Shown: positions 51,861-63,356, counted from the first letter of the stretch. The stretch is DNA of 64,000 nucleotides from Octopus sinensis (GCF_006345805.1 NC_043011.1:33864464-33928463); one strand, 5' to 3'. Program-made: numbers and translations. The notes: generated from the sequence alone by a model not told the origin.

Positions 51861-52309
51861 TAATTCATTACATTCCATAATTAGGGCTGCTCAAAGTGTA
51901 ACACTGAAACTTGTTTTGGTTCAATTAAGATCCAGTTTTGTTCCATAGCTAAAGGTATTGTACAAAAGCAGTGTTTCTCATAGGAACGACTGTGAGGATT
52001 GAAAAACAAATGGCTGGGCAAATTGTCAGAGTTAATAAGAAGAAGAAAAAAAAAAGAAACGAAATCAAGATAGTTTGAAACTTTTAAACTTGACCAACAA
52101 CACAGCTAAGAAAAAAGAAGGCAATGGATGCAAAATCTAATTCTGACTTCTCATTAATAAATGGGTGGGAAGTAAAGAATTTTCAGTAATTTAAGGAGTG
52201 TGGCTGGTATGTGTTAGACTGAGAACTACATATCTGAAACATAACACTTGAACATGTAAATGTCTTGATAAACTAATATAAGACTAATATTACAGATGAT
52301 GACTTCTAA

Positions 52310-52920
52310 TGTTGACCCACGGCTAGCAATTTTATGGGGAGGGTAACACGTCAAATAAATTGCTTTCCTCTACTTAACCTTGGAAAGATGAAAGACAAAA
52401 CTAACTCCAAGCTTTGAACTCAGAACACAAGGAATCCAAACTAAGTGAATAATAATAATAATTCTTTCTACTTCAGCACAATGCTGCAATTTTGTGGGAT
52501 GGGGCTAGTTGAATACATTGCCGCTAGTTCTCAACTAATACTTTATTTTATCAACCCCAAAAGGATGAAAGGCAAAGTTAACCTCAAGGATATTTTAAGG
52601 CGGCGAGCTGGCAGAAACGTTAGCACGCCGGGCGAAATGCTTAGCGGTATTTCGTCTGCGTTACGTTGTGAGTTCAAATTCCGCCGAGGTCGACTTTGCC
52701 TTTCATCCTTTTGAGGTCGATAAATTAAGTACCAGTTACGCACTGGGGTCGATGTAATCGACTTAATACCTATGTCTGTCCTTGTTTGTCCCCTCTGTGT
52801 TTAGCCCCTTGTGGGTAATAAAGAAATAGGTATTTGAACTCAGAATGTAAAACCCAGATGAAATGCCACCAAGCATTCTGTCCTGCTAACAATTCTACCA
52901 GCTTATTGCCTTAACACTAG
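52310..52920. mobile_element. SINE family A cluster: young plus copy (52597-52830) nested in an older minus copy
   Basis: The older copy breaks at ...gttaacctcaaggatattt and resumes at ggtatttgaactcagaatg after the young copy. Confidence 0.8.
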
Positions 52921-53524
52921 TAATAATAACATTGCACACTGAGTGCTGCTGTAGCATGGGGAACATCATGGCAGAGACGAGGTTATGTTACTTTGAAAGT
53001 AACATAATCCTGAAATGGCAATATATAATATTGTGAGAAATCGTCTTCATTAATTTTATGTTTACAATATATAACAATATTTCAGGAGATGTTAACGATG
53101 TTCCACAAGAGAGATAACTCCCTATCTACAAAATCAGTAATGCATCTCAGAATGTCACAAAATATTCAACCTATTCACTACATATACATGGCATGACATA
53201 GACCCCCATGACATTCCCCAGCAAGCTTCTCAGGCTTATAGACATTTCTAATAAAGATTAACTTTATAAATTTATTGCCCATTAAACTCTTGGATTTACT
53301 AAAACTTCAGTGAAAGTTATTCATAGCTAATAATGGGAGATGAGATGTGATTAATTATATAACAGCTCCAGTCGTTAACTGACACCTAATCTATCAACTC
53401 TAGGATGACAAAAGAACAAGGTCAGCCCTGGCAAGATTTGAACTCAATTTGAACGTCGAATCATGACGTCAGTTCTACATTAAATGTTTCTTATATCCAG
53501 CACTTTATCAAAGATTTCTGATGC

Positions 53525-53714
53525 TTAACCTTTTGAGACAGACGGTGTTTTGATATGTATAGCCAAAATTACCAAAATTTTTTTCTACAGAAAGACAGTC
53601 TCTGATCAGCAATTACAGTTCAAAACCAACCATTCACATTTGTTCCACTGGCCAATGGATCGGGCTCAAAGTCCTTTCAGCTTGTATCACTTCGGCTGGA
53701 TCTAAGAGGGTTAA
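53525..53714. mobile_element. Probable TTAA-flanked MITE, third type
   Basis: ttaaccttttgagacag...ctggatctaagagggttaa; short imperfect TIRs. Confidence 0.4.
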
Positions 53715-53929
53715 AGACAGCCATAAATGGTTGAGAAAAAGTATGAGGTGTACTCGACAGGCACCATTTTGACTGGTACTATCAATTTTATAAATCCTGG
53801 AAGGATGTCTGCAAAGTCCAGCTCAGAATTGAGGGACATAACTAAATAACACAAAGCATTTTGTCCAATGTCCTACATAAAGTATTAATTACACATTAGC
53901 ATACACCATATATATATATTTTTTTCCAT

Positions 53930-54320
53930 TTTTATCTTCTTTACTTGTCCCAGTCATATGCTGGGACACTGCCTTGGAGAGTTTTACTTGAACAAGTTGA
54001 ACCCAGGAACAATTTTAAGCTCAGTGCTTATTCTATCAGTTTCTTTTGCCAAACCACTAAGTTACAAGGACGTAAATATACCAACACTGGTTGTCAAATG
54101 GTGGTGGAGGGGAACAAACACAGACACACTACACACACACACACACACACACACATACACACAATGGGCTTCTTTCAGTTTCCGTCAACCAAATCCACTC
54201 ACAAGGCTTTGCTCGGCCTGAAGCTATAGAAGAAGACACTTGCCCAAGGTGCCACACAGTGGGACTGTACTCGGAACTATGTGTTTGGGAAGCAAGCTTC
54301 TTACCACACAGCCACACCTG
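53930..54320 (-). mobile_element. SINE family B, full length
   Basis: Head at the right end (gtgtggctgtgtggtaagaagc on minus), tail at the left. Confidence 0.8.
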
Positions 54321-54945
54321 CAACTATATATATATATATGTATATACTGTAACAAAATTCTCTCTATTGCATACACTATGTATCATTGCAATCACTTAGT
54401 AGCATACATCATCAATGACATTAATTCATCAAAACTAAGTAAACAATATCTTTGTGTTACGATTTTGGAGAGAGGGAGAAGGGATAGGGCAGTGTTCTTG
54501 TCCTTTGCAGGCCATCTCTAATTAACAAGGCTAATGCAGCTGAAGCCCATCATGAACATCTGAAAGAAATATATAGGCAGAGCAGGGACTGAAAGAAGTG
54601 GGTCTGGTTTGAATACTTCCCAAGGATCAGGTACTGGTGATGTTAAACAAGGTAGCATGTTAGGTCTACCTCTCATAAAGGTTATTATAATTAATGCATG
54701 AAAAAAAAGCTCCTTTTTACATAATCATTGTTTTGTTTTTTTGCTATTTTGTGTAAGGACAAAAAGGGTCCTTTTAGTTGTCTAAGAGACAGGCCACAAA
54801 GAGGGGTGTTGGAAGTTTTATGGGAGCTACAAAATAATTCTCTCACAACTTAGCTGGAGTGTGTAGCACAGATAACTAGGGGTCATATTAGAAATGGTAC
54901 CCAAGCACCAGACACCAAAAGAGGAGGAAGAAAAGTTTCACTTAC

Positions 54946-55119
54946 AAGAGTTAGCGACAGCGACGTAGTTGGATGGAAATACACCAATCATTCCATTTAG
55001 GTCGCCTTTCCACCAATCGGGGTCATCTTTGTTGATAACATTGATCACATCATCTTTCTGGAATGTCAGCTCATCGGAATTCTGAGCTGTATAAGGGTAC
55101 ATACAGGTAACTTGTTCAA
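54946..55119 (-). CDS. ITSN1: Intersectin exon: SH3E domain
   Basis: Acceptor ttctttttcag, donor gtaagt, 174 nt, phase 1-1. Encodes (F)[57 protein letters not shown] plus T, a canonical SH3 (ELxF, WW, FPSNYV) closely resembling ITSN SH3E. Confidence 0.94.
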
Positions 55120-55216
55120 CTGAAAAAGAAGCAGAGAGAGAGAGAAATGAAAGAATTGGCATAAAACAGTCTACAGTTTCTGAATTAATTTATATCATAC
55201 AGTGTGTGTATATATA

Positions 55217-55284
<68 letters not shown>

Positions 55285-55287
<3 letters not shown>

Positions 55288-55770
55288 TCATCATTTAACG
55301 TCTGCTTTCCATGCTAGCATGGATTGGACGATTTGACTGGGGTCTGGCGAACAAGACTCCAATCTGATCTGGCAGAGTTTCTACAGCTGGATGCCCTTCC
55401 TAACACCAACCACTCCGAGAGTGCAGTGGGTGCTTTTACGTACCACCAGCATGGGGGCCAGTTTGGTGGTACTGGCAATGGGCACGCCCAAATGGTGCTT
55501 TTTACGTGCCACTTGCACGAGAGCCAGTCCAGCGGCACTGGCGACAACCTCGCTCGAATGTTTCACGTGCCACCAGCACAAGTGCTAGTAAGGCGATGCG
55601 GTAACGATCACACTTAAATGGTGTGCTTAATGTGCCATCGGCACAGAGGCCAGCTTGTTGCTCTGGCAACGATCTCATTCATATAGTACTCTTAGTGCTC
55701 CACTAGCAACAGATGCCAGTCACCGATTTTGATTTCGACTTAGATTTCACTTCCCTCAAATGGTCTTCGC
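55285..55770 (-). mobile_element. (GAT)n-tailed retroelement family D with internal tandem units of about 60 bp
   Basis: 3' end ...CCATGCTAGCATGGAAAGCAGACGTTAAATGATGATG, repeated GTGCTTTTACGTGCCACC motif. Other copies at about 12725-12930, 18545-18800, 21380-21625, 25590-25830, 33490-33705 and 38036-38195. Confidence 0.75.
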
Positions 55771-55790
55771 AAGCAGAGTTTAAAGTCCAA

Positions 55791-55827
<37 letters not shown>

Positions 55828-55832
<5 letters not shown>

Positions 55833-56042
55833 GGTTGACCAAAGGTCACCCAACAGTAAATCAAAATTCCATAAATACTACCAGTAATTCTGTATTAACT
55901 CGAATGGAAAAACATGTCACTCAAGAAGCACTTTTCATGATGCATCATATTTAGATGCTTTTATCAAATTCATTCAGTTGTTAAACATAAATAAATCTTG
56001 GAATTAAATGGTTTTGATTTACTGTCAGCTGACTTTTAGCCA

Positions 56043-56050
<8 letters not shown>
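55828..56050. mobile_element. TA-flanked MITE with Tc1/mariner-like TIRs
   Basis: TA-CAGGGTTGACCAAAGGTCACCCAACAGTAAATCAAAA versus right end ttttgatttactgtcagctgacttttagccaacccta-ta. Confidence 0.65.
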
Positions 56051-56074
<24 letters not shown>

Positions 56075-56079
<5 letters not shown>

Positions 56080-56390
56080 TTTTTTCGTAATAGGATAAAA
56101 AGCCAAGGCTGTGTAGATTTTAGAACATTTATAGATAGGTCTTACAGCTGTTTCCAGGATATTTATTATATCCCTTCATTGGAGATGGTGTGAGAGGATG
56201 GTAAAGTTATAGTTAATTTAGATAAGATACCAAATAGAGAGTGAGGTAGAGGAAAGAAAATAAATATGAGATTTGTAGGGATATTGTATTTGTAGATTCA
56301 TTTTTTAGGCAGAATGCTATACATATAAGATTCCAATACCTTATGAGTAAAATCCAATAGTATTTAAAATATATATATATATATATATAT
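56075..56390 (-). mobile_element. pLTR-like element with hammerhead relic (56140-56185)
   Basis: TCT-CCAATGA-a-GGGATAT aataa ATATCCT-g-GAAA-CAGCTG-TA-AGA; runs into (TA)n. The tail is shared with 48044-48120 and 48336-48413. Confidence 0.55.
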
Positions 56391-57475
56391 ATACACGCAC
56401 ACAGAGACACACACACCAATGATCCACTGAAACGAATTTAATGTTGCAAAAATAAATACATATTTGTCTAATAGTAATATAAGGTGTATGGTATCCCTTA
56501 GTGAACAATTAACATAAGGGAGATAATCATTTCTTCATAATATTTAGCAGGATAAGAAGTTAGAATTTGAAATTAAAGATTTAGGAAAGAGAGGTATAGC
56601 ATTGAATACATATATTTAATTTTTTTTTTTTTGCTTTTTCTTGTTTATTATGAAGTTCTTAACATTTTTAGTCTGTGGTAATCATTTAAAGCACTATTTC
56701 ATTCTTTTCAGAAATCATTAGCATGACATAAACTAAGATGTATTAACTAAACATTTTATGAAGCCCGAGTTTTCTTATAGGTGGAAATTTATTATAGTTT
56801 TTTTTTCCATCCTTTCTTGTTTTATCTTTTTCTGCATAGAGCATTAGTAGTTTGGCAATAAAGAGAGAGAGAAAGGAGAAAAAGTTTTAAGTGTCTACAT
56901 AGAAGTCTAGCAAAACTGTTTTCATATAAAAAATCAACTTTAACTCTTAGCCTGCAGAAAAAGTACATGACTGTGTATGTATAAAGAAAAAACCCAAATA
57001 GCCCTTGAAAATATTCACATAATATATTATTTGAAATATACTGTTAACAAAAGCTCAAGAGAAGATATATATATATGCTATTAGACATTAGATATAACAT
57101 CTATACTGTATGTTGATGCCTAACTTAGAAACAATGCCACAAAGTCTGTGGGAGGAAAGACAATTAGATGAACTCTTGTTAATTAGCAGGTACATATTTT
57201 ATGAAGGTGGAGAGAGCTCTAATCAACTTCTCTCCTACAAACTCAGTGTATCAAAACATTCAATACAGCCAGAACACTAATGTAACTTTTGCCTGAAGAA
57301 ATGAACACATGTATTAATATTGCCCTTAAAATCCATGGAGTTTGCAAATCATTCTTCTAATAACCTTCCCATAAAATTACTCTGAAAAATGAGAACAATA
57401 AGCAGTAGCCAGAATAAATAGTATAGGAGCTTTTTATGAGTGCACCCAAAAACATTTCACATAAACAAATTTAAA

Positions 57476-57551
<76 letters not shown>

Positions 57552-57562
57552 GTATATATATA

Positions 57563-57797
57563 CTTTATTTAAAGCAGCAGAAAATTCAACAAAACCTGTT
57601 ACTCTGAGTTTCCCGTTGCCGTTCATCGGACAGTTTTTGCTAGAATTCTAGCAAAAACTGTCCGATGAACGGCAATGGGAAACTCAGAGTAACAGGTTTT
57701 GTTGAATTTTCTGCTGCTTTAAATAAAGCATATTACTCTACCACTGGTAGTTGAGTACTCTTTTTTCCACCTTGTTTCACATTTATGTGTTTACTCC

Positions 57798-57800
<3 letters not shown>
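57563..57800 (+). mobile_element. Penelope-like pLTR element: 166-bp palindrome (57563-57728, one mismatch) plus unique 3' tail, set within (TA)n
   Basis: Centre GAATTC at 57643-57648. Hammerhead-like AAAACTGT-CCGATGA-ACG GCAA TGG-GAAA-CTCAGAG-TA-ACAGGTTTT at 57654-57700, mirrored on the minus strand. Confidence 0.72.
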
Positions 57801-57839
<39 letters not shown>

Positions 57840-57924
57840 AAAATTGAGGGAGATAAATTAATATTAATTTTAATATCAATTTAAAACCAGTAGTCCAGCA
57901 TTCAAAAAATCTGAGGAGTCAGAT

Positions 57925-57951
<27 letters not shown>

Positions 57952-57958
<7 letters not shown>

Positions 57959-58175
57959 TGACAAGGGAACAAGAAATTATGTGATGAACTTTATAAGCTT
58001 ACAGCTGTTTCTGCAATGGGATTCAGTGCACTTCATTTTTAAAGCTCCAAAGAAGCTGTAAGGTGATGCAGAAGCACACAGCTCTGGGTTCATTGCATCA
58101 TATAACAGATACTATAATAAATAAGCTAATGAAATTCACTACACAATTTCCAGTTCCTTTGTCATTTATTTAATG
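57952..58175. mobile_element. Decayed inverted pLTR-like element with hammerhead relic (57997-58045, minus)
   Basis: About 50-bp terminal inverted arms; TGCA..TGCA-GAAA-CAGCTG-TA-AGC with a decayed core. Confidence 0.5.
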
Positions 58176-58324
58176 TCATATTATACTCTGTACTTGGCTA
58201 ACACTTTATTCTGAAATATATGTATACCGAGTTCTAACACCAGGTTATCAACATCACTATGTCTAAGTACAATATTAAAGTGCATATATGTATGTGTGCT
58301 TGCTTGCATGCATGTGCATGTATG

Positions 58325-58361
<37 letters not shown>

Positions 58362-58362
<1 letters not shown>

Positions 58363-58660
58363 GAAGCACATGGCCTAGTGGGTAGTGCAGCGGACTCACG
58401 GTCAAGGGATCGCGGATTCGAATCTCAGACCGGGCGATGTGTTTGTTTATGAGCAAAACACCTAAGCTCCACGTGGCTCCAGCAGAAGGTAATGGCGAGC
58501 TTCTACCGACTCTTTTGCCACAACTTTCTTTCACTCTTTCCTCCTGCATCTTGCAGCTCACCTGCGATGGATTGGCATCCCGTCCAAGTGGGGAACCTAT
58601 ACACCAAGGAAACTGAGAAACTGGCACTATGAGCCAGACGTGGCTCGAGAAGGAACAAAC
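58362..58660 (+). mobile_element. tRNA-headed SINE with a V-domain-like segment
   Basis: GGAAGCACATGGCCTAGTGG..GGATTCGAATCTC head; CCTGCGATGGATTGGCATCCCGTCCAAG resembles the recalled V-SINE core. Confidence 0.7.
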
Positions 58661-58667
58661 AATATAC

Positions 58668-58704
<37 letters not shown>

Positions 58705-60666
58705 GTTTCTATTTACTAAATCCATTCACAAGGCTTTGGTCAGCCCAGACTATAGCAGAAAACACTTGCCCAAGTTGCTATAAAGTGGGGCATGAAACCA
58801 AGTGGTTGGGAAGCAAGAAGCAATCTCCTTAACCATCTAGGATTAAATCCCGATCCAACATAGCAGCTAAGTGAACTTCCCAACCATGGAATTAAGCATG
58901 TTTTTGCTTAAATCTGTCAACTCTGATCCAGTGAATTTATGATCAAAGGAATTCTAGCTGTAACCATCCTGTGATACACCGAAGCCCATGTCATCCAATA
59001 TTTTCTTCTCTTTTTTAAGAGAGATGTGAGTGCTATTTCTAACAGGTCAAGCAACCAAGTAAAAGATCCTTTATTTTCTCATTAAGTACGAAGGTGATTC
59101 CATGACATCTAAGAGGGAGAGTGAGAGAATTCAACTGTGATACTTTCGTTTAACTTTCAATCTTCAAACTGTTGTGCACGCCATATTTTGGCAAAGCTTT
59201 TACAACTGGATGCCTTTCCTATGGCCAACCAATTTACAGCATGGACAATTTATCATTCAACCAACACCACAGACATTATTTGCTATCGGACTAAGAATCT
59301 CCCTCTATTTTGTATCAGGTCTTATTTAGGCTTTCTGCACTCTCAGATGAGCTGCCTAATATTGAGGCTTACAGAATCCACACCGTTTACATTCCTTCCT
59401 TCCTTAATGTGACTTTTATAACTGAATGCTCTTCCTATCATCAACCACTTTACATTGAGGACTGGGTACATTTAATCAGTCTCCAGTACCAGAAAGATTC
59501 TCTGAGCCAAGACCAAAGAATCTCCCCTCCATTGTATCAGTTTTCAGTTAGAGTTACTTCTCTCCAAGTCAAGTTTCCTTCACTCTATCTAGCTTTCTAT
59601 CTATCTATTTCTCTGTCTATGTTTAACAATTTATCTATATCTATCTATCTATCTATATATCTATCTATCTATCAAACTATCTTTCTATCAATTTGTATCT
59701 GTCTGTCTATCTAGATGTATTCATCTATATCTGTCATCTATATTTATCTACCTACCTACCTAAATATGTTACAATTTGTGGCTGCTCATGAAATAGTAAC
59801 ATACCCAGCTGTATATAGCACAGGCTTTTCCTGTCGCCCTGACTGAACATTAATAACATCAATGGTCTTTCAGGCAGGACCATTCTAACTTTTCCTCAGA
59901 ATTGTTTTCCAACATGTTTCCCAATGTGTCTTTTCTTTTTTAAAATAAGTGTGTGGTTTGAGGAAGATTTGGTTGCTACTAGAGCAACTGAAAGCAGCTC
60001 TGTAGAGGATCCCTCATTGACTTATAGTAATATCAATTATTTTTAAGCATTATGTCAAGCCTGAGCCAGCAGACTTACAAGCAAAAATCTTTCATCCCTC
60101 ACTGTCATTTTGACCTCAGTTACACACTAACTAAACATAGATGCACATAGAGATATACGCATACACAAATGAAGACACATACAATAGAAATACAAAATGG
60201 CTGACGGTTAGTAAGGAGAGACACACAAATAAGAAAGAAGAATGCAAAGGACCACTGATGCGGTCACAGGAGTGTGACGAAAGAACTCTGGCCGAAATAA
60301 GATTAAGTTTAATGTAAAAAATAAATAACACTGAAGCAAAGTAACACCAAACATATAGTGCATGTGTTTTTATTGGCTAAACTGGCAAAATGACCATTCC
60401 AAAATACAATATTAGTTAAAGAATTATCTCCCTTAGTTACGTTTATAATTTGTTTTGTAAGATTCCTGAAGTGAAATCTGTGTTGAAACAGATATTGTTA
60501 TATTTTAGGATGATATATTTTTCTTCTTTTTTTTTTTTTGCCAAATAATCACAGACGTGTGAGGTTATTTGGCAAAAACAAAAAGAAAAGGAAAGATCAG
60601 CCTGAAATATGACAAACAATACCTCTTTCAGTTTACTCATAAACAATGAATGTCTAGAATACTTAC

Positions 60667-60742
60667 AGTACTGTTGTGGAGCAGGAGCAGGTATGACTGT
60701 TGCTGTGGCCAGAACTGGAGCTGGCGTTCCTGTCCTACTGCC
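60667..60742 (-). CDS. ITSN1: Intersectin exon: SH3D-SH3E linker
   Basis: Acceptor ttttattttccag, donor gtaagt, 76 nt, phase 0-1. Encodes GSRTGTPAPVLATATVIPAPAPQQY plus T; phases fit both neighbouring exons. Confidence 0.82.
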
Positions 60743-61485
60743 CTGGAAAATAAAATGAGGGAAAAACAATGTTTTTTTTTTTCTTTAAAAATCATGAAAT
60801 ATTAATTTAAATAAGCACTTTAAGGAAGAACTATCGACACTAACTCAACTTGTGTCTTGAGATGGCCAACTATGATATCACAAAATGACAAACTATAACA
60901 GGCTTCTAATAGAGTATCAATCATCATCATCATCATGGGTTTAACATTCACTTTCCCATACTTGCATGGGTCAGATGGAATTATATTTCACTGAGTCAGA
61001 TTCATTTACAGAATATTGTAAATGAGTGACTGTGCTTGTATGATAGTGACACATTTACAACTATCATATCATATAAAGACAAGGAGACACAAACACCCAC
61101 CTATTCACATAACTACATATATATATATGAGAGAGATTACCCAATCCACTCGCAGGGCTTTGGTCAGCTTGTGGCTACAGTAGAAGATAGTTTCCCAATG
61201 TGTCATGCAGTAAGACTGAACCTGAGACCTCATAGTTGGGAAGTGAACTTCTTAATCACACAGCCATATGTGTAACTATATATATGTGCGTGTGTGTGTA
61301 TATATATATATGTATGTATGTATGTATATGAATGAACTGTTAACAAAACAACTTGTAGTACAGAAGTTAAAAATGGATAGAGAATATATGAAGATTATTT
61401 AAATTTTAATACATACTCTCATGCACACAAACACACACACACACACACACACGTGTGCGCGTGTGTGTGTGTGTATATATATATG

Positions 61486-61514
<29 letters not shown>

Positions 61515-61517
<3 letters not shown>

Positions 61518-61735
61518 CTCTCTTTTACTTGTTTCAGTCATCTGACTGCGGCCATGCTGGAGCACCGCCTTTAATCGAGCAAATCGACCCCAGGACTAAT
61601 TCTTTGTAAGCCTAGTACTTATTCTATCGGTCTCTTTTGCCGAACCACTAAGTTACAGGGATGGAAACACACCACCATCAGTTGTCAAGCAATGTTGGGG
61701 AGGACAAACACAGACACACAAACATGCACACACAC
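61515..61735 (-). mobile_element. SINE family B 3' half
   Basis: Reverse complement of 62620-62825 with few mismatches. Confidence 0.85.
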
Positions 61736-61741
61736 ACACAT

Positions 61742-61773
<32 letters not shown>

Positions 61774-62419
61774 CATATATATAATTTTAAATTAGCATGA
61801 AGCATAAGGATGCAGGAAGCATCATTCTTATGCTTCGTGCTAATTTTAGATTTTATAAGCTTTATAATGCTATTAAACCTGTGAACCACCTATTAAACCT
61901 GTGAACCACTGTTAAAATTATCAATTAAAAATATTCACTACAGATAATATTAACAATAGTAACATCTTATTTCGAATGTAAACATTCAAATATTTTGCTG
62001 ACACACACACATTTAACTGGCTTCACAATTGGTTTTCAAAAGTGTGTCAAAAACTGTCTTTTTAGGTCATTGCTCTAAAAATTGTTTGTTTCTATAGAGA
62101 GAATGTGGCTCAAAGCACTTCATTAGTTGAGGGTGGTCACATGGTGAGTTAACTGAATTTTCAGTTTTCCACTATATCAGTGTGTCAAGCTGTTTATCCA
62201 GTAGCTATTTCATATGACAGTTAGAACAATGACTACAGAAGGTGTACGTTTTTGTCGGAATTTAGTATTGTTTTGAGATGAATGATTTGACAGGATTCAA
62301 TGGGCCAAGGACTGCATCATGCTAGTGTTTCAGTTAACTGCTATAATGTACTACAGAGATTAAGTACAGATTTGTAAGTCAACACCACATGTTACAATGA
62401 ATGTAAACAATAGGCACAG

Positions 62420-62825
62420 GAGTGGCTGTGTGGTAAGTAGCTTGCTAACCAACCACATGGTTCCGGGTTCAGTCCCACTGCGTGGCATCTTGGGCAAGTG
62501 TCTTCTGCTATAGCCTCAGGCCGACCAATGCCTTGTGAGTGAATTTGGTAGACGGAAACTGAAAGAAGCCTGTCGTATATATGTATATATATATATATGT
62601 ATATGTATGTGTGTGTGTGTGTTTGTGTATCTGTGTTTGTCCCCCTAGCATTGCTTGACAACCGATGCCGGTGTGTTTACGTCCCCGTCACTTAGCGGTT
62701 CGGCAAAAGAGACCGATAGAATAAGTACTGGGCTTACAAAGAATAAGTCCCGGGGTCGATTTGCGCGACTAAAGGCAGTGCTCCAGCATGGCCGCAGTCA
62801 AATGACTGAAACAAGTAAAAGAGTA
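62420..62825 (+). mobile_element. tRNA-headed SINE family B (CORE-like), full-length young copy
   Basis: Head GGCTGTGTGGTAAGTAGC..GGTTCAGTCCC; TGGCATCTTGGGCAAGTGTCTT resembles the CORE motif TGACCTTGGGCAAGT; internal (TA/TG)n; tail ...GCAGTCAAATGACTGAAACAAGTAAAAGA. Confidence 0.85.
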
Positions 62826-63356
62826 AAAAGAGAGAGAATGTATCAGCTCAATTTGTTCATGGACAGAAAAGCAGGAAACAGCTACAAAGGAACATTTCAA
62901 TTCTTGATTGAAATCTTTTCCGGCTACTAAGACTGCATAATATGTGGGGTGGAGGGGCATACTTAGCAAGGGTTAACAGCTACTGTTGGTCAAAGTGTCT
63001 GCCAGCCATTAAGTGGAAATTCAACCTTCAGAGGCAAATTTGAATGTGAGCTTCCTAGGGAAGCTTTTCACAGAATGTTAGGCCAGGTATTTTGTAATGA
63101 ACACTGACATAAACATTTAAAACAGTATTTACAAAGCTGACCTTCTGCTTGTGCTTTTAACTTCCGTTTGATATCAATAGATCCAGAAAAATATGACAGG
63201 CAGCAAAGAAAATTTCGTGTGAGGAACTTTCATAAATTCTAATACATTAGACGTGATTTAAAAAAAAAAGGATTATGTTCCATGCAGACATGACATAAAG
63301 CTGCAAATAGATCAACAACGTATTATCAAGAAATTAAATATTATGCTATAGCATAC

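Noticed and set aside
54938-55162. 74-aa ORF as a stand-alone SH3 protein
   Set aside because: Its first 15 codons are polypyrimidine tract; the SH3 part is bounded by splice sites and is an internal ITSN exon.
3272-58045. Apparent bias of hammerhead motifs to the ITSN sense strand
   Set aside because: The best motif is on the opposite strand, several occur on both strands, some lie beyond the putative gene end, and the sample is small.
59290-59545. Two copies of an aagaatctccc..tgtatcag motif about 220 bp apart
   Set aside because: Short and diverged; probably an old LINE relic that I could not classify.
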